A stretch of DNA of 64,000 nt from Candidatus Aenigmatarchaeota archaeon. Its GTDB lineage: Archaea; Aenigmatarchaeota; Aenigmatarchaeia; CG10238-14; SCSR01. Position 1 is the first letter of the stretch; each line of letters opens with the position of its first letter. The notes under the pieces are model-generated. The model had not been told where the DNA came from. It did not search any database and saw only the letters and a program-made list of their open reading frames with translations. Location of the stretch: the NCBI GenBank assembly GCA_039091335.1, contig JAWCME010000002.1:8735-72734 (forward strand). The letters run 5' to 3'. Shown one piece after another: positions 58,188 through 64,000 of this stretch. The position numbers and the translations under genes were made by a program.

Positions 58188-59213
58188 ATGGGTATTCAGC
58201 TAACAGGAATTATTCCAAAAAAAGAAATAGATTTGAATTCTCTTTCTGGAAAAAAAATTGGAATAGACGGGTATAATGCAGCATATCAGTTTTTAAGCAT
58301 TATTAGGCAAAGACCAACAGGAGAATTTCTAAGGGATTCGAAAGGAAACATAACCTCTCATCTAAGTGGAATATTCTATAGGACTGCAATACTTATAGAG
58401 GCAGGAATAAAGCCTTTATATGTTTGGGATGGAGAACCACCAGAATTCAAGAAGAGAGTTGTGGAAGAAAGAGTTGAAAGAAGAGAAGAGGCAAGAAAAA
58501 AATGGATGGAAGCATTAGAAAAGGGAGAAGAGGCAATGCCATATGCTCAGGCCGCAGTAATGCTTACAAAAGAGATAATTGAAGAATCAAAGAAACTTTT
58601 GGAATACATGGGTATACCTTCTATTCAAGCAAAAAGCGAAGGTGAAGCTCAGCTTGCGTTTCTAGCGAAAAAAGGAGAAATATGGGCATCAGCTTCTCAA
58701 GACTGGGACAGTATTTTGTTTGGTTCGCCAAGACTTTTAAGGAATTTATCAATTACAGGGAAAAGAAAACTTCCAAGAAAAGAAGTATACATAGAAATTA
58801 AACCAGAGATAGTAGAGCTTGATTTTGTTCTCTCGAGTTTGGGGATAACAAGAGAACAACTTGTTATGATTGGAATTTTAATAGGGACAGATTATAATCC
58901 CGGGGGGGTTGAGGGGTTTGGACCAAAAAAGGCCTTAAGCCTTGTAAAGGAATGTAAAAGTTTGGATGAAATACTTAAAAGGATAGAATGGAAGTTTGAA
59001 GTTGGGGCTGAAGATATATACAACTTCTTTATGCACCCACCTGTTAATGAAAAATATAAAATACAATTTAAAGAGCCGAACAAGGAAAAGATAATTGAAT
59101 TTATGGTAGAAGAGCATGACTTTTCAAGAGAAAGGGTAGAAAAGGTGGTTGATAAGCTTCAGCAATCCTTTGCTACAGGAACACAGGCTAGTTTGAAAGG
59201 ATGGTTAAAATAA
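58188..59213 (+). CDS. fen: flap endonuclease FEN1
   Basis: MGIQLTGIIP...GKKIGIDGYNAAYQFL, GEAQLA and H3TH (IGTDYNPGG) motifs. Confidence 0.93.
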   Translation: MGIQLTGIIPKKEIDLNSLSGKKIGIDGYNAAYQFLSIIRQRPTGEFLRDSKGNITSHLSGIFYRTAILIEAGIKPLYVWDGEPPEFKKRVVEERVERREEARKKWMEALEKGEEAMPYAQAAVMLTKEIIEESKKLLEYMGIPSIQAKSEGEAQLAFLAKKGEIWASASQDWDSILFGSPRLLRNLSITGKRKLPRKEVYIEIKPEIVELDFVLSSLGITREQLVMIGILIGTDYNPGGVEGFGPKKALSLVKECKSLDEILKRIEWKFEVGAEDIYNFFMHPPVNEKYKIQFKEPNKEKIIEFMVEEHDFSRERVEKVVDKLQQSFATGTQASLKGWLK

Positions 59214-59236
59214 ATTTAGAAAGATAAATTATTTTC

Positions 59237-60736
59237 ATGGAATTAGAAAAAATAATCTCTATCGCAAAGTCAAGAGGGTTCTTTTGGCCATCTTTTGAAA
59301 TCTACGGAGGAGTTGCTGGGTTTTGGGACTATGGTCCACTGGGATGTGTTTTAAAAAGGAAGTTTGAAAATTTTTGGATAGATTTTTTTGGAAAAAAAGA
59401 GGGGTTTGTAGAAGTAGAGACACCATCTTTAATGCCAAAAGAAGTTTTTGTTGCTTCTAAACATTTAGAAAAATTTGTAGATCCGATAACGAGATGTAAG
59501 AGATGCAACTCAGTATACAGGGCAGACCACCTTATTCAAGAAAAGTTAAAGTTGAGTAAAGAGGAAACAGAAGGTCTTAGTTTGGAAAAGCTTTCGGAGA
59601 TCATAGAAAAAAATAAGATAAAATGCAAATGTGGTGGAGAGTTAAGAAAAGTAGAATTTTTTAACATGATGTTTAAAACAATTGTCGGGACTCAGAAAGA
59701 ATTTTTTCTTCGTCCAGAAACAGCACAAGGCCAGTTCTTATGTTTCAAAAGGGTTTTTGAGTTGCAAGGAAGGAAACTTCCTCTTGGAATAATTCAAATA
59801 GGGAAAGCTTTCAGGAATGAAATATCCCCTAGACAGGGAATAATAAGGCTAAGAGAGTTTACCCAAGCCGAGGCAGAAGTATTCTTTGATGAGGAAGAAA
59901 TTAATGAGTTTGAAAAATTTGAAGAAATAAAAGATTATGAGTTGAATTTGTTCACACTTAAAAACAGGAAAGAAGAAAAAATTTTAAAAATTAAAGCAAG
60001 TGAAATAGTTAGAAAAAAAATATTGCCAAAGCTTATTGTTTATTTTATGGCAAAAGTCCAACAATTTTTTGAAATTCTTGGCATTCCAAGAGAAAGTATG
60101 CGTTTCAAGGAAATGTCGAATGAAGAAAAACCGTTTTATACAAGATACGCTTGGGACCTTGAAATATTTACCAAAGCATTTGGTTGGGTTGAGTGCGTCG
60201 CAAACAACTACAGGACAGACTGGGATCTTTCTGGTCATATGAACATGAGCAGAGAAGATTTAAGGGTTTTTAAAGATGGAAAAAAATTTTTACCCCATGT
60301 TTGGGAAATTTCTTTTGGTATTGATAGACCAATCTACTGTCTTTTTGAGCATTGGCTTACAGAAATTAAAGATAGGGTTGTGTTGAGAATTCCTCCGAAA
60401 CTTGCTCCATTTGATGTAGCCGTTTTTCCTTTGGTTGCAAAGAACGGTCTTAACGCAAAGGCAAAAGAGGTTTTTAAACTACTTTTTGAAAGAGGGTTTA
60501 ACGTGAAGTATGAAGAAAAGGACTCAATAGGAAGAAGGTATTATAGGGAAGATATGGGAGGTACGCCGTATTGTGTTACTGTAGATTATGAAAGCATGGA
60601 AAAGGAAGATGTAACAATAAGAGAAAGGGATTCAAGTGCACAAGTGAGGGTTAAAATAAAGGATTTACCTGAAATTCTTAGAAGATTGTTAGAAAAAGAG
60701 TTGGAGTTTAGTGGTGCTGGAAAAACACTAGGTTGA
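59237..60736 (+). CDS. glyS: glycyl-tRNA synthetase (archaeal/eukaryal alpha2 type)
   Basis: RGFFWPSFEIYGGVAGFWDYGPLG, FRNEISPR and GIDRP motifs. Confidence 0.92.
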   Translation: MELEKIISIAKSRGFFWPSFEIYGGVAGFWDYGPLGCVLKRKFENFWIDFFGKKEGFVEVETPSLMPKEVFVASKHLEKFVDPITRCKRCNSVYRADHLIQEKLKLSKEETEGLSLEKLSEIIEKNKIKCKCGGELRKVEFFNMMFKTIVGTQKEFFLRPETAQGQFLCFKRVFELQGRKLPLGIIQIGKAFRNEISPRQGIIRLREFTQAEAEVFFDEEEINEFEKFEEIKDYELNLFTLKNRKEEKILKIKASEIVRKKILPKLIVYFMAKVQQFFEILGIPRESMRFKEMSNEEKPFYTRYAWDLEIFTKAFGWVECVANNYRTDWDLSGHMNMSREDLRVFKDGKKFLPHVWEISFGIDRPIYCLFEHWLTEIKDRVVLRIPPKLAPFDVAVFPLVAKNGLNAKAKEVFKLLFERGFNVKYEEKDSIGRRYYREDMGGTPYCVTVDYESMEKEDVTIRERDSSAQVRVKIKDLPEILRRLLEKELEFSGAGKTLG

Positions 60737-61075
60737 TTTTCCTCTATATATTTTTGCAAAATTTGGTGTTATTATTAAAAAGTCTTCGTCAACTCCTGCT
60801 ATATCTCCGTTCATCGCTAAACATGTTTTCCTAAGCTTATCAACGCTTCTTTTAAGTTCTGTTATGTCTTTTTGTCTTATTTCCCTTATTTTTAGGAATA
60901 TTATGTTACCTTCTCTGAGCATTTTTTGTATTCTTTCTGTATCTGCATAATCCCTAAGATTTTCTATCTTTATGTTTATTTTTTCTTCTTCTGGTACAGG
61001 CTCTACTTCAACAAACTCCTCCTTCTCTTCCTTTGTTCTCCTCTTAAGCAAATCTTTAAGAGCCATTTCAATCAA
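60728..61075 (-). CDS. sepF: SepF-like cell division protein
   Basis: C-terminal domain pattern LRDYADTERIQKMLREGNIIFLKI...GDIAGVDEDFLIITP. Confidence 0.65.
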   Translation of the reverse strand: MIEMALKDLLKRRTKEEKEEFVEVEPVPEEEKINIKIENLRDYADTERIQKMLREGNIIFLKIREIRQKDITELKRSVDKLRKTCLAMNGDIAGVDEDFLIITPNFAKIYRGKST

Positions 61076-61102
61076 TATTAATTATTTTTTAAAATTAAAA
61101 AA

Positions 61103-61357
61103 TTAGCTTATTTCCCTCCTTTTTTCTTCTAGTATGCTTACAGCATTCCATATCTTTGTTCTAGCATAGACCGGCATGTTTGGGTCGTTTATTATTTCGT
61201 CTAGGATATGAATTGCTGTACTTATTTTTACTTCTAGAGATTCTTTACTATTCAATACATTTTTTGAATCTTCTGCAGCCTTTCTTATGTTCTTTGGAAC
61301 AGTTTTATCGTTTATTATTTGATCCAAAAATGAGATTGCTTTGGTTATTTCTTCCAT
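61103..61357 (-). CDS. UPF0147-family protein
   Basis: DKTVPKNIRKAAE...ILDEIINDPNMPVYARTKIWN pattern. Confidence 0.7.
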   Translation of the reverse strand: MEEITKAISFLDQIINDKTVPKNIRKAAEDSKNVLNSKESLEVKISTAIHILDEIINDPNMPVYARTKIWNAVSILEEKRREIS

Positions 61358-61402
61358 AACATCACTTTATATAAAATTAATTAAATGAAGACTAAAAAAT
61401 TA

Positions 61403-61738
61403 TCAAATTTTTTCCCTTATTTTTGTTTCTAATTCTTTCAGCTTTTCGTTTGTTTTTGCTTCGCTTTTCTCTAAACTTTTTATTCTTATTTCTATAGATT
61501 CTTTTGCTTCACTAAGCTCCTTTTTAAGTTCTTCAACGGGCTTTTTTATCATTACCTGCCCAGCAATTTTATATGCTTCATTTTCCTTTGTTTTGTTTAA
61601 CTCTTCAAGCGCCCTCTCTATCTCAAAAATTTGCATGTTTAAACTTTCTTTCTGTAGCAGTATTGTTTGAAGTTGCTGTTGATAAGCCTGAAATTGTGTT
61701 ATCATATTTTTTGTTTCTTCAGACATCTCTTCTGGCAA
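61403..61738 (-). CDS. pfdB: prefoldin beta subunit
   Basis: QFQAYQQQLQTILLQKESLNMQIFEIERALEEL coiled-coil pattern. Confidence 0.85.
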   Translation of the reverse strand: MPEEMSEETKNMITQFQAYQQQLQTILLQKESLNMQIFEIERALEELNKTKENEAYKIAGQVMIKKPVEELKKELSEAKESIEIRIKSLEKSEAKTNEKLKELETKIREKI

Positions 61739-61769
61739 AAAATCACCACATATTATTTAATTGTATAAA

Positions 61770-61926
61770 CTATATAGATTCAACCCTTTTTATTACTTCT
61801 GGTCTCGTTTTTGCCAAAATTCTATGGGCCCTGCTTGCTTTAAAGCAAGCAAGTAAACCCGCAATATGGACATCTAATGTTTTCTTCCACATTCACAATT
61901 TTCTTACATTTTACACACTTATACAT
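61770..61926 (-). CDS. rpoP: RNA polymerase subunit P (Rpo12/RpoP), interrupted by a 31-nt intron
   Basis: Exon 1 (61926-61855) encodes MYKCVKCKKIVNVEENIRCPYCGF. Exon 2 (61823-61770) encodes RILAKTRPEVIKRVESI*. Unspliced, the frame stops after CPYCGFTCLL. Lies between rpl37ae and pfdB and is absent from the track. Confidence 0.8.
61824..61854 (-). other. BHB-type intron in the rpoP pre-mRNA
   Basis: On the minus strand: central helix GGGT(61860-57)/GCCC(61829-26), bulges TTA(61856-54) and ATA(61825-23), 9-bp inner helix CTTGCTTGC/GCAAGCAGG with loop TTTAAA. Confidence 0.75.
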
Positions 61927-61927
61927 A

Positions 61928-62146
61928 TCACTCCCCCTTTAAGTAATATGCTGGACCAGCAAACTTTAAACCGCATTTTTTACATTTCCATATTCCACAA
62001 GCAACCCTTTTAACATATGGTAAATTACACTTTGGACAAACATATCTTTTTCTTTCCTCCTTTTCAATCTTAGACACAGTTAGTCTAATCTTCCTTCCGT
62101 ATCTTGTCCCAAACCTTCCTGCTGAGCCAACCTTTTTCTTAGCCAT
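61928..62146 (-). CDS. rpl37ae: ribosomal protein L37ae
   Basis: [11 protein letters not shown]...CPKC...CKKC zinc ribbon. Confidence 0.92.
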   Translation of the reverse strand: MAKKKVGSAGRFGTRYGRKIRLTVSKIEKEERKRYVCPKCNLPYVKRVACGIWKCKKCGLKFAGPAYYLKGE

Positions 62147-62407
62147 TTATTTCACTATTCTGAATTCTTTTTTCCCCTTTATGTTTTCCAGTATCTTTAT
62201 TAACATCCCTTCCGTTATTTCGTTTTTTATTTTTCCTGTTTGAAAAAGCTGGATTAGATACAACTCCACTTGTGCGGCAAGTTCTGGTTTTACCATCCTA
62301 ACTCTACCGAGCCTTTCTAATGCTTCCTTTGAAAGTATTTTTTTCATCAAAATTCTTTTTAGTTCTTCAATTTTTTTCATCTCCTCTATGCTGATTTCTT
62401 CGTTCAC
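62147..62407 (-). CDS. PDCD5-like DNA-binding protein
   Basis: ILSKEALERLGRVRMVKPELAAQVE pattern. Confidence 0.75.
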   Translation of the reverse strand: MNEEISIEEMKKIEELKRILMKKILSKEALERLGRVRMVKPELAAQVELYLIQLFQTGKIKNEITEGMLIKILENIKGKKEFRIVK

Positions 62408-62820
62408 TCCTTGCTCACCTCAAACGCTATTCTGTCTAGAAGTTTTTTCCCCTTGTTTGTTATTACTCTTCCCCCCCTTTCTTTTTTCAAAAGTCCAGCC
62501 CTTTCAAGCTGTTGTAAGATCTTTCTTATTATATTTCCAGAGGCTTTTCTAAACTGTGGTGGGCGATGCCCCCTCCTTTTTCTCCCCCCGTAATATGTTC
62601 TTAATCTTTCAACGCCGACTGGACCATCAATATAAATTCTTCTGAGAATGGATGCCGCTCTAATATACCAAAAGTCTTTTTGAAATGGAGGTCTTTCTTT
62701 ATGAGATCCTGACTTTACGAAATTTGCCCAGTGAGGCGTAGATATTTCTTTAAAAAGTTTAAGTTCCTCCTTTAACTTATTCACGAGTTTATGTGGGTTT
62801 ACTTCCCTTGCTGTTACCAT
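62404..62820 (-). CDS. rps19e: ribosomal protein S19e
   Basis: VTAREVNPHKLVNKLKEELK...YIRAASILRRIY pattern. Confidence 0.92.
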   Translation of the reverse strand: MVTAREVNPHKLVNKLKEELKLFKEISTPHWANFVKSGSHKERPPFQKDFWYIRAASILRRIYIDGPVGVERLRTYYGGRKRRGHRPPQFRKASGNIIRKILQQLERAGLLKKERGGRVITNKGKKLLDRIAFEVSKE

Positions 62821-62859
62821 AAAATATAAATTTAAATTTTATTTATTAAAGGGTTTGTG

Positions 62860-63096
62860 TTAGGCAGAGAGCATTATATAACTTGTCAAGCATATTATTA
62901 TTATAAAACCACTTAGGATAAGAAGCACAATCAGCATAGAAAAACTAAAAGAATTGAATTTTTTACACGTTTCTGGAGGGTTATTGCCCTTACATACTTC
63001 TGAAAATTTTACTATGTTGTCGAAAACAAAAAATAGCATGATTGTAGCGATGAAGACTGTTAATAGTCCAAAACCAACATGGGAAAAAGCCTTCAT
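62860..63096 (-). CDS. hypothetical small membrane protein
   Basis: 78 aa with two TM helices. Overlaps the rnp4 stop by 4 nt. Confidence 0.3.
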   Translation of the reverse strand: MKAFSHVGFGLLTVFIATIMLFFVFDNIVKFSEVCKGNNPPETCKKFNSFSFSMLIVLLILSGFIIIICLTSYIMLSA

Positions 63097-63392
63097 TTTT
63101 TCACCAAATATCTATAAATTTTTTTACAGTTTGAACACTTAACTGTAACGTATCCATTCTCAATTCTAATTGTTGAAGATATTCCTGGAATTAGAAAACT
63201 ATTGCATTCTTTACAAAATTTTCTCTTTAATTCTTTCTTTAATCTTACATTGTACCTTAGTCCAATTTTTCTTGCAAGTTCTACGTATCTTCTACTCCTT
63301 TCAGGATGTTTTTTTAATTCTTTCTCTGCAAGGTTGAACAATATTTCAATTCTTTCTTTAGCTATTTTTTTTGTCCAGGCAGCTTTTTTCAT
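63093..63392 (-). CDS. rnp4: RNase P protein component Rpr2/Rpp21 (Rnp4)
   Basis: ERIEILFNLAEK...RRYVELARKIG...CKEC...CSNC zinc ribbon. Confidence 0.8.
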   Translation of the reverse strand: MKKAAWTKKIAKERIEILFNLAEKELKKHPERSRRYVELARKIGLRYNVRLKKELKRKFCKECNSFLIPGISSTIRIENGYVTVKCSNCKKIYRYLVKK

Positions 63393-63472
63393 CTAATAAT
63401 AAATTGTTTTAAAATAAATTGAGTAAAGAATAAAAATGGGTCCGACCGGATTCGAACCGGTGACCTCCGCCG

Positions 63473-63484
63473 TTCTGATACATT
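63473..63484 (-). other. tRNA-Val intron 2 (canonical position 37/38)
   Basis: The 12 nt AATGTATCAGAA. Central helix CTGA/TCAG, bulges CGA and AAC. The anticodon stem forms the outer helix. Confidence 0.7.
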
Positions 63485-63492
63485 CGTCAGGG

Positions 63493-63505
63493 TTCCGCTC
63501 TCTCT
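63493..63505 (-). other. tRNA-Val intron 1 (position 29/30), relaxed BHB
   Basis: The 13 nt AGAGAGAGCGGAA. Central helix ACGT/GCGG has 3 pairs plus an A-G mismatch. Bulges CGA and AAC; 4-bp outer helix TAGG/CCTG. Confidence 0.55.
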
Positions 63506-63540
63506 CGACGTCCTACCACTAGACCACGGACCCAACTTTA

Positions 63541-64000
63541 TCATATTTTGTAAAGGTAAACATAAAAATGTTCGGTCCTTATTTTTTTTACTTCTTTCCA
63601 CTCACTTAAAACATGGTCTGCAGAAATTATTCTTGTCCCCTTTCTAAGTTCTTTTTCTAGTTTTGGTTTAATTTCGTCGTTCAGTCTTTGCGATAGATAT
63701 AATGTTACTATAGTAGCATTACTTAAGTTTTCTTTAAAAAAATCATTTTCTATTAATTCAACCCTATCTTCAACTCTGTTTCTTTTAATATTCCATCTAC
63801 ATATTAAACAAAGAATTTTATTTTTTTCTATACCCACAGCCTTTATTCCATATTCTTTTGCAGCAGTTATTATTACTCTGCCAGTACCACATCCCAAATC
63901 ATAAAGTATATCATCCTTTTTAATTTCTGCTAACTCTAACATTTTCCTTATAGTTTTTTTTGATAATGGAACGAATATGGCTTCCCCTCTTACTAACTTT
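63541..64000 (-). CDS. class I SAM-dependent methyltransferase, N-terminus cut by window edge
   Basis: DILYDLGCGTGRVI motif I. The frame stays open upstream of the track Met (…KLVRGEAIFVPLSKKTIRKMLELAE) to position 64000. Confidence 0.75.
   Translation of the reverse strand, partial: KLVRGEAIFVPLSKKTIRKMLELAEIKKDDILYDLGCGTGRVIITAAKEYGIKAVGIEKNKILCLICRWNIKRNRVEDRVELIENDFFKENLSNATIVTLYLSQRLNDEIKPKLEKELRKGTRIISADHVLSEWKEVKKIRTEHFYVYLYKI

Larger units (their letters stand above)
63437..63533 (-). tRNA. tRNA-Val(GAC) with two introns
   Basis: Hand fold. Acceptor GGGTCCG/CGGACCC, D arm GTCT/GGAC, T arm ACCGG-TTCGAAT-CCGGT. The anticodon arm TCGCC-CTGACGC-GGCGG forms only after removing 13 and 12 nt. 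Confidence 0.8.

Noticed and set aside
63389-63601. A 70-aa track ORF on the minus strand.
   Set aside because: It is composed largely of the tRNA-Val gene sequence and is spurious.

Overview
AT-rich, gene-dense archaeal chromosomal window. Shortened proteins and the lack of mobile elements suggest a small-genome, DPANN-like lineage, but that is inference. It carries many archaeal informational genes: six aminoacyl-tRNA synthetases (Ile, Ala, Leu, Phe alpha/beta, Trp, Gly), aIF2-gamma, Rpo7/Spt4/RpoP, the exosome block Rrp4-Rrp41-Rrp42 with SBDS and proteasome alpha, RNase P proteins Pop5/Rpp30/Rpr2, FEN1, prefoldin beta, SepF and ten e-type ribosomal proteins. It also holds a two-subunit [NiFe]-hydrogenase with HypC and an endopeptidase, and an 18-kb gluconeogenesis/glycogen island (type I GAPDH, PGK, TIM, FBP aldolase/phosphatase, two GH57, debranching enzyme, cupin PGI, three glycogen-synthase-like GTs, PfkB kinase, epimerase). 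Main result: three protein-coding genes (aIF2-gamma, rpoP, psmA) are each interrupted by a tiny insert of 19, 31 and 32 nt. Each insert folds with its flanks into a bulge-helix-bulge (BHB) motif, and excision restores the conserved reading frame exactly. Both tRNA genes in the window also carry BHB introns: tRNA-Arg at 59/60 in the T-loop, and tRNA-Val at 29/30 and 37/38. The cleavage rule that restores a canonical TTCAAAT T-loop in tRNA-Arg is the same one that repairs the three mRNAs. This points to widespread endonuclease-dependent mRNA splicing; until now this was well documented essentially only for crenarchaeal cbf5. All folds and homology calls were made by eye from the sequence, with no search or folding program. 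No CRISPR array, rRNA, transposase or integrase was seen.
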